A DNA stretch of 64,000 nucleotides from Microbotryum violaceum (lineage: Eukaryota), in contig CDLV01000013.1 of NCBI GenBank assembly GCA_001244265.2, positions 868,001-932,000 of the forward strand, read 5' to 3'. The notes under the pieces were generated by a model. The model saw only the letters and a list, made by a program, of their open reading frames with translations. It was not told the DNA's origin and searched no databases. Position 1 is the stretch's first letter; every line of letters starts with the position of its first letter. Positions 1-14,145 of the stretch are shown here, one piece after another. The position numbers were made by a program, and so were the translations under genes.

Positions 1-2815
1 CGCTCTTGAACCCCGATTTCCCCGGCGACGCGAAAAGCCCACCTGGTATTAAACTCACTGTCGACTCGGTGATTCCGTCCCCTTCAAATCTCGGCATCGA
101 GCTCGGCGAAGCGACTTTCATCTCGAGCTACAATGGGTCCGAGATCGGTCCTGTTACGGCGAGCGACCTCACCCTGAAGGCCAAGTCGAACACGAGCAAG
201 TCGCTTGTGGGAACTGTCATTTATCGTAACGACGCGAATGGCCTCACGTCTCTCGGCGACGTCTTCTCGCTCTTCTTGGCGGGCGAGAACGTACCTTTAA
301 CGGTCACGGGTAGTTCGGTCACCTCGCCGGCGCAGAAGACGCCCGTCAAGTGGCTTTCGGAGTCGTTTGGTCAACTTGTACTTACCGTGCCGCTTCCCGG
401 CAAGAAACAGAAGATCCTCAGCGCGCTCCAGCTCCGTGATCTGACTGTTACGCTCGACGACGTGGCGCAAGACTATGCCGCGATTATTGCGAACAATGCC
501 ACGGACGTCACCTTCCGCAACCCTTACGGCTTCACGCTCACGGCGATTCAAGCGGGAGGTAATTTCATCCTCAACTATGAAGGACAAGCTGGAACTCTGA
601 ATGTACCCGTTGGAAACGTTGTGAAGCAAGGAACATCGACCGGTCAAGATGTAAGTTGCGCCTTGGTGGCCTCAATTTCCAGCATCAGCACAGTTTCCAG
701 CATCAGCACAGTTTCCAGCATCAGCACAGTTTCCAGCATCAGCACAGCGAAGACTAAATTACACACCGCTCGCTTTTGTCTGTCCTCTGTTCTCAGGCCA
801 ACATCACCATTCAGTTCGTGAACCCTCCCGCAGTCTTTGTGGCGAACAATACGCTCGCATATCAAAAGTTCTTCGCCGCGGTCACGAACGACGCCCAGGT
901 TGCGTTCGAGCTCACTGGTGGCGCTTTTGGTGAGTCCGGTTTTCGCTCTCCTTTGGGCCGGGTATTCTTGCGACAACTGAGCTTGTCCATCCCCCCCCCC
1001 CCAGTCACTGCGCGCACTGCGGCAGGAGATATCCCCATCAGCGGCATTCCAGTCGACGTGCCCTCGACTTTCCCTGGTATCAATGGCTTCGACCACAAGA
1101 CGGCAATAAATCAAGGTAGGTGCCTGTTGGCCTCAAAGCAACTGCCACCGCACCATTCAAACATCAAGTGGCTGAGCGTGCTTTTCTTCTTCTGCAGTGC
1201 CCGTGGTGTACGGTGGAGGAAGCGACGCGGATCCCTTCGGCCAAACGGCTGGATCCGACTTTGTTCGCATCGCCCTTACGACCATCCTGATCAACCCGGC
1301 ACCTCTGATCCTCCACACCAACTTCGCGTCGCTTCAGGTTTACTACAGATCGGTGCTGGTTGGACGGGCTTACATCAACCCGCTTGATTTGTACCCGGGT
1401 GACAACGCGGTCCCTGCCGAGTTCCACTATGAGGTATGTGCTGCGCATTCATCGAATATAGCCACAGGGTGCTGTACTAATGAAAACTTTCTTCTCTGCG
1501 CAACAGCCTAAAATTCGCTCGGATCCGATAGCTCAGGACATCCTGGCCCAGTACCTCGAGACGACCGGCCCGATCCCTATCAAGATTGAGGGCGACTTGA
1601 CTTCGTCACCCTATAAATCTTTGCAACCAGCCTTGGGTGCGCTCTCGCTCGATGCGACGTTCCCGGGGCAAGGGAAGCCTCTGATCAACAAGGTCATTGT
1701 AGGTTAAATGCATTAGCTGGCACGTTCGACCGCTTGCGAGCGTCCCGGGGCGCTGACTCCACCACCTTCGCCACAATGTAGATTTACATTGATCTTATCA
1801 CAGCCTTTTGCAACCGCACGGTGTCGATTCAGACCCAACTCACCAACAACCTTGAGACGTACATCGAATTGATTCATTTCTCCGGAACGGGCACTCAAAC
1901 GGGGACGGAGTATGCCTCGTTCAACTACACGTTCTCGGGCTCCGGGTTCCGGACCGACAAGGGCGGAACGGGGCCTTTCTCCGAGGTCGTCAAGCCCGTG
2001 AAGCTCACGAGCCCTCTTGGTCTTCTCGGCTCTGCTCCACTTCTCTTCACAACGGGCTTGGGTCTCGATATCGTAAGTCGCGTCGGGCTTCTTATGCCGG
2101 CCAAATACTCGCTGACGCATCAAAATCCGCCCACTCTCAGGACATCATTGCGGAAGTGTCTGTCGGCGGATTTGTCACTCCTTCGCTCCACTATACGCAG
2201 AAAGCGGTCCCTTACGAGATCCAGCTCTCGTTAGGCGGCTCAACGACGAATTCGTCCTCGACGGGCTCCTCGCTACCGTCGCTGTCGCAGCTTACTGGAT
2301 TACTGGGTGCTCTGGGAAGTATCGCGACGTGCAACCCCGTGGGCGGTCTCACTGCAAAGACGTCGGTAGCCGGGGACCTACTGTCGTCCGCCACAGCAAT
2401 TGTTCCCTCAGCACTTCAAGGAATTATTGGAGGCCTCGGCGGGCTACTCACCGGGGCAGCTCACACCCCGAGTACGACCACCAGCCTGAGTGTGAGCACA
2501 AGCCTGAGTACCACCACCAGTCTGAGTGCCACCACCAGTCTGAGCTCAAGTACTACTGCGGCCCCCACAACGACCTCCGATACCCTCACTACGACCACTA
2601 CTACCAGTGCTCCAGTCATTCGCAAGCGGACTGTGGAAGAGAGCTTGGGACAGCAAGCCCTCGGCGAGGAGTTGAATGAGGTTCCCCAGGAGTTGCTCGC
2701 TCGGTTCGGCTTCACGCTCGGTGAGCCGGTCGCCAAGGTGCAGCAACGTCGCATGGACGAGTACTGGATCGAAAAGGCGAAACGTGCGCGAGGTGCCGTG
2801 AAGGACGATGAGTGA
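1..2815 (+). CDS. 3' part of a large multi-exon Tag1/DUF3712-like beta-rich protein with a Ser/Thr-rich tail (5' end outside the window)
   Basis: Successive ORFs join through GT-AG introns (e.g. 651-796). Repeated 'I.NP..L.L..G....Y....VG.A.I..L.L.PG.N'-type segments resemble DUF3712/Tag1 repeats. It ends in STTTSL repeats and a stop at 2813-2815. Confidence 0.6.
676..747 (+). repeat. Perfect 18-bp tandem repeat (TTTCCAGCATCAGCACAG) x4 inside intron 651-796
   Basis: Read directly from the sequence. Confidence 0.95.
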
Positions 2816-3410
2816 TTGATGAGGCGTCCGAGCAACGTTCGGTGGACACTTCCTTCTCGCTTTGGCCTTTACCCTTTAATTGTCTCTTGTTCTTCTCTTT
2901 GTCTCTAGTTGCTTTCTATTGTCTTATGTTTCTTCGGTAGCGGACCCGCCTTGGGCTTCTCGGTGTTTCAACATTCCACCCTATTCTACTCCGTGTGAAC
3001 ATACACCTCTGTCCTTAGTGGTTATTCCCCCTTTCCCACATCGACTCCTCGATTACTTGGCTGGCCCCTGCTGTTATGTGGGGCTGACCTTTGTTGGATC
3101 TTGTCCTTTCCCGTTCCTTCTGCCTGTGCGTATCATCTGCCCGTAGTACGAAGTTCTCTTCTACCACCATTTCTCTTTATCTCCCTATTCTTCTTCTGTT
3201 ATTCCAAAATAATCTCGGGTTCTGTCGCTTTCTCTCATTGTCGAGCAAGAGCACCCGAAATATTTACCAAATGGGTGTTCCCTTTTTCGTTCCATCTACA
3301 ACAGCCCGAAATCTAGACAGAAGTAAGTACATGGGAAGATCTTCTCCCTCATCTCGACTACATCAAAAGCGGCACACCAAGCCAGATCCTCCAACAAATG
3401 CCGCCGTTGC

Positions 3411-4978
3411 TCAGGTCTTCTTCCCTTCGATCGCGTCCTGGATTAATCGCCACAGCACGGAAAACATCAACCCTTGCAAACCGTTCGCCAAGATCCTTGT
3501 CCTCAAACCTCGCCCGAACAAGCCCTTCCACCCTTCGGCGGACCAAATCTTTCTCGCGGCTCTGCGGTACCCGATCGAGTTATGGTTCACTTGACGGTAC
3601 GTTTTGACGACTCGCAACGAATTGGAGATGGTGTCCGAGACGACCGAGGCTGAGAACCCGATGAAAGCCTGGCGCGAGAGGTTCGCCAACGTCGAATGCG
3701 CAAGGGGAAGATTTTTGGAGAGGAAGTTGTAGGTTGCAAACCAGGGGAAAGAACCGACGAAGGAAGCGGCGGCGGTGGCGAATGCTCCGGCCCACAAGGT
3801 CGAAAGGCCGTACATTTTGACGCGTTGCTTCAAGACGACGAGTGCTCGTGAAGAACCTTCGGTTTGCATCGTCGTCTGCGAATGATGTCATAGTGTTGGT
3901 CATGATCAGTAAAGATGACACCGCTTGAAGACGTGAAACCTGACCTTGAGGGTGTCGATTGGAACCAAAATCATCCTGAAGAGAGCGCCTGCGACCGAAG
4001 CGAAGGCAGTCTGCAGTGGACTTGGGAGTTTCGATAACCAAGGGTTGGATTCTAGTAATGCCAGAATACCTGTATTGGCTGCCGTGTCACCGAAGCGAGC
4101 GATCGGACCTTGGACCAAGGCAGGACCGAGGCCTGCGTAGAAGCGCTTGAAGCCGCCCGAGGTACGTAGTGCCGAGATGGACGAGGTCATGGATCCTCCG
4201 TAGCGGTATTGATAGTTCATCGTCGTCCGCAAGGGCATCAACGTGAGACTGAAAGAGGGTGAACACATAAGTTGATTAGTAATTTGATGTAGTTGGTCGA
4301 GTGAAAATTGTGGCTCCGAGACCGCCGACCAGGGAGACGTACACTTGGACGATCATGGCCAATGCTCCACTTAGTCCCTGTTGAATTGAATCGACGTCGG
4401 ATCAGAATACAAATGACCCATACCCGGAGCAGCTTGACTGATGGACTGACTCCTCCACCGGCTTTGGCGAGTGCGCGCTTCCAGTCAAAGCGGCCCCCAC
4501 CTTGCTTGAACGCCTGCACGATGCACACCACCACCACCACCGCGACGACGGTCCAGAACGCGAGCCACTTGTACAACGACTTGCGTTTCTGCTCCGGCGT
4601 CAACACAGGTTCGTCCGCTTCGTCATCATCGTCGTCAGCGTCGTTGTTCGCAGTCAGAGGTGCTGGCTCGCGATCGCCGGTCGTTCGATCACCGTCGGTC
4701 GGCAGCGGAGTCGCCGTGGCTGCAGTGCTTGACGACGAACGTTGTTGGCGCTGCGAAGCGAGCAAGGGTTCCCTTTCATTTCCTTTGTTGACGACTGCCG
4801 GTATGGCAGGTTTGGGTGCCGGCATCGAGTCGTGCAGGTCCGGGTATGGTCTCCAGTGACAGTGTCCCGAGCTAACCATGCGGTAAGACCGAGCCCAACC
4901 GCGAGGTGCGTCAAGCGCGTCAGGGGGCGCCGTGCGGATCGGGCCGGCCGGCAAGCTCGGACTCGACTCGGAGGTCAT
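3411..4978 (-). CDS. Mitochondrial carrier family (SLC25) protein, multi-exon, with an N-terminal extension; start at 4978 or 4825
   Basis: Carrier-signature-like segments PLRTTMNYQ, PIDTLK and SLRVVKTYRQ, plus GFKRFYAGL and EGWKGLFGRGLRTRIL. Confidence 0.85.
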
Positions 4979-5260
4979 GTCGAAATACCAGTCCTGCCCA
5001 GCCGAACGTCTGAAGCGGTGCAATTTTTGGGGATACAGACAAGGTTTAAATGAAGACTCTCCCCTTTTTCACACTTTTACAAAACTACGTTGCAGCACTT
5101 TGCTCCGTCGTCGGTCACCCCGGCCGATCGCTCACACTTCGCTCACCCACCGGCCGAATGTCTGGCTCGTGCGAGCTTCGCAAGAGCTGCCCCTCACTCG
5201 CGCTGGCCCGAGCTCACCCACACGCGCCTTCGCCGCACACCACGGCTCCCACCACCCAAC

Positions 5261-7387
5261 ATGAGCAAGTTCAAGCACGAGTCCGAAGCGAGCAAGAAGA
5301 ACAGCGGGAAACGCACTCGATCGAAGCAAGAGGATGAGGCCGTAGTCACTAAATCCCAGCAAGGCGAGTGCGTCGCCTTGCCCGAACCAGCAACGACGGC
5401 GATGGAGGAGCACGTCAACGAGTCTACTGCAGCGCCCAGCCAAGACGACGCCGGTTCAGACTCGGGCGCGGAACAATCTGCTCAGGAACGCAAAGCGAGG
5501 AAACCAAGACCGGACAGCGACAAGCCCAAAGTACGCCTTCCGATCGACGACGACGACGAGACGCCAGCGCTCTCGCACAAGGACAAGCGATTGGCCAAGC
5601 GACGCAAGCTCGCCGGGATACCCGAACGAGAACCCGCACCAGCATCTGCTTCCATGATTCACCCTTCTCGTAAAGCAGTCGTCGACCTTTCTGGTGACGG
5701 TACCGTGACAACCGCCTTCGGCAATACTCCGCCCAAGTCGGCCCACGGTGTTTGGGTCGGCAATATGAACTACGCGACCACAAGCAAAGATCTCATACAA
5801 TGGTTCAGCAGTCGTGGTCTGACCGAAGTAACGAGGATCAACATGCCAAGCGGGAAACGAGCCCACGAGAACAACAGGGGGTCAGTCTCACCCCATTGCC
5901 TTTTCAGTTTGAATAATTTTTCATGCTCATTCCTCCCCGTCTCCACAGTTTCGCCTATGTCGATTTTCCCACCGCGACCGATGTCGAAATTGCAGTCGGG
6001 GTCTCTGAACAGCATCTCGACGGTCGCAAGCTGTTGATTAAGAGCTCATCCGACTTTACCGGTCGACCGACACCTGCCGCCGCTGCACTAACGATGGCGT
6101 CGATCCCTCCTTCGGCACTTGTCGATTCTGCTCCGAAGTACCCCTTTGAAGACGATGGGGAGGACGACGATCACCACGCAGACGAAGGCGAAGACGACGA
6201 GGACGATCGGGCCAAGCCTCCCGTCGTCACTGTCGGCGCGACAGGGAACCAACCTCGACCCGTGACAGGTGTCGCCCAACCGACCCTGAACCGTACCGCT
6301 CGCAAGATCCTTGATCGACAAAAGAACCCACCCGGACCGACCTTGTTCTTGGGCAACCTCGGTTTCGAAACGACGGTCGAGGATATTCGGGAAATGTTTG
6401 ATGCGCATCAGAAGGCGATGGCGAATTGGGCACCGAGGGATAAGCAAGAGAAGAAGAAGCAAGAGAAGGAGAAGAGGAGGGCCAAGAAGCGCGAGACCGC
6501 GGAAGGGGATGAGCAAGCGAGTGGCAGCGATGAAGATTCGAGTGACGAGGAGGAGAACGATTCGAGCGACGAAGAGAAGAACGAGAAGGGCGAGGACGGT
6601 GAAGATGAGGCACGGAAGCCGAAACGTGTGCGAGCGAAAAAGTTTAAGCCCGAGAAGAAGGAACCTCTAGACCTGTCGAAAGCCCAGGATGCGGGCATAC
6701 GCAAGGTCCGCTTGGGAACGTTCGAGGATACGGGAAAATGCAAGGGGTGAGTTTTGCTCGTGGGCTGTCATTATCGTGCTATGCGCTCGCTCTCCGCGCC
6801 CTGACGCCATTGTCTTTCATATTACTAGATGGGCTTTTGTCGATTTCCATCTTCCCGAACAATGCACACGAGCACTGCTCAACATCCGCAACCACTCGTT
6901 GGCCGGCCGAACACTGAACGTCGAGTACGCCTCTTCCGATGCCGTCCGACGAGGAGCCATCGGGACGCGAGGAGCGATCCGAGGCGGGGGTGGGGGTCGA
7001 GGTGGATCGTCTCGCGGGCGAGGTGCTCATGGTGGGAGAGGGGACGATAGCCGGGGGCGAGGTCTGCGATCGACAGGGGACGGCGAGGGTGGGAGACCTT
7101 GGAACGACTCGGACACACGAGCGGCTGCTGGAGATGGAAGTTGGTACGAGAAGCCCGCCGCTGCCACCGAATACGGTGGCCCATCTGGGAGAGGCAACTT
7201 TGGGGCCGGTCGTGGTGGAAGCAGAGGAGGTGCGCGGGGAGGCCGGGGTGGACCGAGTGCTGGAGCAGGTGGAGCGTCGAGAGGAGGCCATGAGAAGCGA
7301 GCCAAGCCCGGAGCTGCTTTGGCGAGTGCGCAGCGTGCGAGTGAAGCCATCTTGCCTAGTACTGGACGCAAGATCGTTTTCGAGTAG
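5261..7387 (+). CDS. Two-RRM, RGG-tailed RNA-binding protein (Nop13-like, probably nucleolar)
   Basis: RNP2 motifs GVWVGNM and TLFLGNL; RNP1 motifs (RG)FAYVDF and KG-WAFVDF formed across introns; acidic/basic linker; RGG-rich tail ending GRKIVFE. Confidence 0.85.
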
Positions 7388-7629
7388 ATTCCGACAACCC
7401 TGTGTTTGTAATACCTTCCCCCTAATTTTTTCATGCCCACACTCGGCCGAAGTCGACCGCCGGGATCTCGGCCGAAAGTTGGTCGTCGATCGGCCGTGAT
7501 CGATGTGATCCGCAACTAAGCGCAGTCTTCCGCATCTCGAAGCGGCGGGCGAGCGCCTTTATCTGCTGTCCTTCTACCGTCCCCGCCCCGACCAGCATCG
7601 AGCCAAGACCCCTGAGCCAACCTACGAAG

Positions 7630-8922
<1,293 letters not shown>

Positions 8923-9172
8923 TGTTCGAGCGCCTACAGTACGATACTACCCAAGTCGCACAAAGTCGGCTCAGAACTGTATCGGAGGGCCAAGACTAGG
9001 TGAAATTGCAAACTATGCGGATTATATGCTGTATAAGACAAGTATGCGGTGTGGTGAAACAAAGTGCAGTGTAATGCGAGCTGGATGCGTCGAGAGAAAA
9101 GAAGGATCAGAGCCGAGAAAAGCTGTCTTGATGGATATCCCACGCCCTGTTATAAGATCCGTGATCGGGTAT

Positions 9173-11350
9173 TCAAACGTCCCCTCGATCCCAGTGAGCG
9201 TTCCTACTTGCGGGTCGAGACGAACTCAAGCCACTGGGCGGACGACCGATCTCGGACCCTGGAGCAGGTGAAGCCGCTCGTACAAATGAGATGGACAGGT
9301 TGGACTTGACCAAAGGATCGCGACTTGGAATGGCCTTGTTGTTGAACCCAAAAGGCGAAGTAGAGGGAGGGGAGACGGCGATGGGGTGAGGTGCGAAAAA
9401 GGCGAGTTCGGTCAGTGGGGTCGCTGTTCTCGATTGGGCGAGGTCAAAAGCCATCCCATCGGGGTCATCGACGATCGGAGGCATCAAAGTGGGTGAGCCG
9501 TAGATGCCATCGTGGTCTTCGACCAAGTCGATGGGGCGGTTGCCATCCGCGTCGATAGGAACTCCCAGGCCAGTCGTGGGTGGCGTGGGCCCCGCTGGCT
9601 CCGATGCGGCACGAGCTCGAGCGGCAGCAGCATTGCGAATCTTTTCGCGTTGCTTGGCCTTGGTCCGAGCCATCTCCCATTCGACTCCAGGACCCGCATA
9701 AGGAGCAAAGTCGAGCAAGGTTAAGTCGCCCTCGCCGTGTGGACCTTCGGCCACGACCCTCAGCTTCTCCGACAGGTCGAGCGCACGAGAGGCGAACACG
9801 ATGCGAACGTTGCCGTGGAGGTAGTAGTGGGGATCTGATGACTTGCTCCCGCTCGCGGAGGAAGAAGAGGCCGCCGTCGGTGGCGAGCAGAACTGTAGAT
9901 GGATGGCGTAACGTAGTCGCCCCTTGGTACTGGCATCACTGGCTTCAAAGGCATAGCTCTTTTGTCGGACAAATGTCTTGCCGCCTTGGCGTAGACGGTC
10001 CAGACCACTGAGGTCGTACGGGATGAGGAAGAGCTTGATCGCGGTCGAGTTGGGATTCTTGACGATCAGTTGGACCTGACCGCGCACGGGCACACGGTAG
10101 CCGGGGAAGCGAGGCAAGGATGGCTTGGAGGTGCTTGGGCCGTCCGCTGCAGCTGAGATTGGCTCATCACGAGGAGACCTGTCGGCGTGGAGAAGGGAGC
10201 AGTAGTAAGCCTCGAGGTCGATCGTGCCAACGTAGGGGCTCGAACCCTTCGCTCCGTCCGGGCCGGAGTAGAAGAACGCCTCGAACGGGATATTGAGGTG
10301 GGGTGGGCATCTCAATCTCGAAGGCGCATCGTTACCGCCGAGTACTCCGATCGATGCAAGGAATGGGAGTGGGAGCGAGGGCAGGGCGCTGAGTCGGCCC
10401 GTCAGAAGGGACTGCTCGAAACTGCCGACGAACGAGCCGTGGGGCACGACGGCCGGTGGCATGGTCCAACTCATGGCCGATGAAGCCCCGAACGAGGCCG
10501 AATGCGCCGAGGCTGACGATCGTCGGCGTCGACTCGATTGGGGTGAAGGGAGCAGCAACGAAGTCGAAGAAGAGCTAGAAGCATTCACACTCGCCGCAGC
10601 GGTGCGAGGAGGTGGGTATTGCGCTGAGCTCTTACGCCGAGCTCCGGGGCCGGCGGCGTAGAACGAGTTTGCGAGGGGTGATCGCGGGGACCCGACGATG
10701 ACTTGGGGAGCGGACACAACTTGTCGGGCAAAAGGAGGATGGATGGAGCTGGTCGGAGAGGATGGCGAGAAGGAAGGCGAAGGGCGAAGAAGTGTAGGGT
10801 CCGAGGTCGGGAAGAGAACGAACTCGTCCGTGCCTCCGGACGATCGACTGGATGACAACGGCACCGCAAACGGTGGTCGGAGATCTCGCAATGGCCCATC
10901 GACGATGGAACCCTCGCGGCCGTAGATTTCGAGCAGCGAAGACGATGAAGAAGATGCGATGACGTCGTTCGGCGGTGTTTCCAGTGACAAGACCGATTCG
11001 AATGAGGTGTGCATCTCTTGCAAAGGCGCATGGTGCGACGTCGGCGAGGGGACGATCGCTATAGGTTCCGATACAACGTTTGCAGCCCGATCCGAGTCAT
11101 GCACGGCCTCGGATTCATGGTGCCGCATTGGTGATGAGTCGCCTGCAGATGTGTTGGGCTCTCTGCTTGAATCGCCCGCGTGTTGTCGGGTATCTGTGAG
11201 ACACGGACACCGAGTCAGCGTCGAGCGTCGGTGATTGGTGCACCCCCACCACCGGCGAGAAGGTCACGAGACCACCCGAGCCGAGCACGACGCCGGTCAG
11301 TGAAATGTGAGCGCAACAGGCCACTCACTTTTCCCTCCTCCCCAGCTCAT
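9173..11350 (-). CDS. Atos/FAM214-like (DUF4210) protein; start may extend to 11587
   Basis: GSFVGSFEQSLLTGRLS, FLASIGVLG, SPYVGTIDL, GYRVP..GQVQLIVKNPNSTAIKLFLIPYDL, TFVRQK and LRYAIHLQF motifs. An upstream exon joins in frame via a GTGAGT...CACAG intron. Confidence 0.85.
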
Positions 11351-11985
11351 CGGAGCGGGCCGACTATCGGCTGAACGACGCACGATCTTGCGGTGGTCTG
11401 CGCTGGCGGGAGGATCAGGCCCGGTGAATGGTATGGGAAGGGTGCTGAGCTTGCTGAAGCAACGAGAGCTCCCTCCCTGGATTCTCACTTGACTCGACGA
11501 CCAACTTGAACAACCAGTGCGGTGCCTCTTTCTCGGTGATACAAACAGAAGCTCGCGGCAAAAAACTGATGAACGTTCAAAAATCATATGAAAATTGACA
11601 GCCTGTTGTCTCGAGTTGCTGCGCTCGACATTTCTGGAAATTGGAAATGATTGTACGCCAAGCCGAGGGTTCCGCCTTCGGTCGGATTAAAGTTGGCATC
11701 AACCGTTGACGGAACGATCCTGCGATTGTTTCAACAGGGAAGAGTGCGGGATATAATTCATGGGCCCCAGTGCCGAAGACATCAGATGTATTTTCTTTCA
11801 GAATTGTCGCTAGGGCCCACCTTCGAATAATACCACGACAGGTAATTCCGAGGTTTCACCGCCGTCTCACGTGGCACCGTCCCAATCGTCAAAACCTCGC
11901 GGGCGCAGCGCTGTGTTGAGGCCGTTGAGGTTCGCTTCCTGACCTCCGTGTGTGCACACTGTGCATCCGACCCCGACCGCCCACG

Positions 11986-13955
11986 ATGTCCGATTCCGCA
12001 GGACTGAGGCAACGGAAGGCCGCAGTAGCCTCATCCTTGTCTTCTTTGGCGATAGGCGATGCCTCGAGTGCCCGTGGGACCGACGATGAGGCGGAACATG
12101 AGTCGGCGTCGTCGCGGCGCAACTCGATCACGTCGATACCCATCAAGGAACGAAAAGCCCCTCTCTCGCGAGGGCGCAGTGTTCTGACTGTGCTCCTGTT
12201 CCTCGTTATCCTCGTGCCGGTGCATTGTGGTCAACTTCTGTTCTACCCGCTGTCGTTCGTGCCTGGTCAGTGCTCGTGCGGTCTTCATGCCCTTGCATTT
12301 CAATCTTCCCCATGAGACCATGCGGTGCACCGTCGAGCGCGTATCGGCACCGTGTGGGGCGATAGCCACAATCGTTGCGCACCGGACGGCTCACAAGAGG
12401 CGCCTACGAATAGCAGGCCACTCCAAGTTACATTCCACTGGGAAGGCGAACAATTCTAGTGTATTTGAAACTCATTATAAATGCCTTGGCTTTGCAGGTG
12501 GCCTTCGAGAACTGTACTGGTGGGGCATCGAGCGCACCAGCGAAACCTTCTCGACCTTGCTCGTGTTCATCTGCGCACCGTCCAAGATCGTCCTGACCGT
12601 CGATGACTCGCTCGACCTCGCCGAGCTGTACAAGAAGGACCCGGAAACCGGTTGCATGAAGCTCAACTTGGACAAGCGAGCAGGTGAGCAATCTACGCTT
12701 TCATTGTATTCCCAAGCCAGTTGGCGATCCCGTCGACCTGACCTAGAAAATACGAAACTTACATGACCACCGAATTGCTCCCGTACAGTCTATATGAGTA
12801 ACCACCAGATGTACGCGGATTGGATCTACACCTGGGCCCTCTTCTACGCCGCTGGGTTACACGGCTACGTACGAATCTTCCTCAAGGCCTCGCTCAAGCA
12901 CATCCCCATCGCAGGACCGGCGATGCGTCTGTGGTCCTTCATCTTCCTCAAGAACTGGACCCAGGACCGCAAGTCCGTCGGGAACCAAATTTTTCACCTC
13001 GGTCGACGCGCCCAACGCCACGATCGCAAGATGGCCATGCTTATCTTCCCCGAAGCGACGCTCGTCTCAGTTCTGACGAGGCCGAAGAGCAAGGCGTATG
13101 CCGACAAGATTGGCGTTAAGGACTTGAGGCACTGTCTGTTGCCCAAGTCGACCGGCCTTCTTTTCACATTGAGGACACTCAAGCTCAAGGTTGATGATCT
13201 TGCTCTGTATGATCTCACCGTGAGTCGCTCATCGCGAGGTTATCATCGAGTCTCCTGGACCTGACTCTGCTTTCAATATCTCGGTCTGCTCGCGCTGTAG
13301 ATCGGCTACCCGGGTATCCCATCAGGGGGCTATGCCCAATCCTACTATACCCTGCAGTCTATCTTCGCCGCCAGCCAAGGTCCGGATCAAGTTTCGATGC
13401 ACCTACGCAAGATCAATCTAGCCGACATCCCGATCGGCAACGTTGATCGTTCACTCACGCCCGTCCAACTTGACGACGCCTTGACGGCGGAGGAACGCAA
13501 GACGTTTGACGAGTGGGTGCGTGCGAGGTGGACGGAAAAGGATGAGCTCATGGATGGGTATTACAAGACGGGAGCATTCGAGGCCAAGGAGTCGCAGCGC
13601 ACCGAGTGGCCTGTCAAGGTCACCAGTTGGGACGATTGGGTCAGTCCACATTCCCTTTTTGGAATCATCTTACCCCTTGCGGGCGACCTCATGATCGTCT
13701 TCCTCCTCGATGTACCCGCAGTTGTCGATCGCCGCGCAATTATTCGCCCTGTACGCGATCTGGCGCATCTCGGTGTGGTCCTGGCGATTCTACCACTCAA
13801 GCTCGAGCGGAGCATCCCCCTGGAAGTCGATGTGGAAGCTGTACACCGACGCGGTGATGCAAAACTACCTCAAGACGCCTCCGGGCGTAGGGGATCATCC
13901 TCTTGGGGCTCCGGGTCCTGCAGGTGCCGGAATGGGTGCGGCGATGGGGATGTAA
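11986..13955 (+). CDS. PlsC-family lysophospholipid acyltransferase (Cst26/LCLAT1-like), multi-exon
   Basis: Motif I NHQMYADW, LKASLKHIP, IFPEAT, LLPKSTGL, YDLT, and C-terminal FDEWVRARWTEKDELM. Confidence 0.9.
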
Positions 13956-14145
13956 AAGAAAGTAGTGAACGACTACAACGCCACCTTGTTAGTTGTTTGG
14001 TGACAAAGACTCGTATTCTTGCTTGCATCACTGAAATCGATTATGTATCGACGTTATCATATTTCATCTAGTCATGAAACATCGTGCTCATCAAGCTGGA
14101 ATTCTGTAAAAACTTAGGGACCTGCGATCTTGTTCCCACCGGAGA

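Noticed and set aside
676-747. Tandem repeat as a CRISPR array
   Set aside because: No spacers; it lies in a eukaryotic intron.
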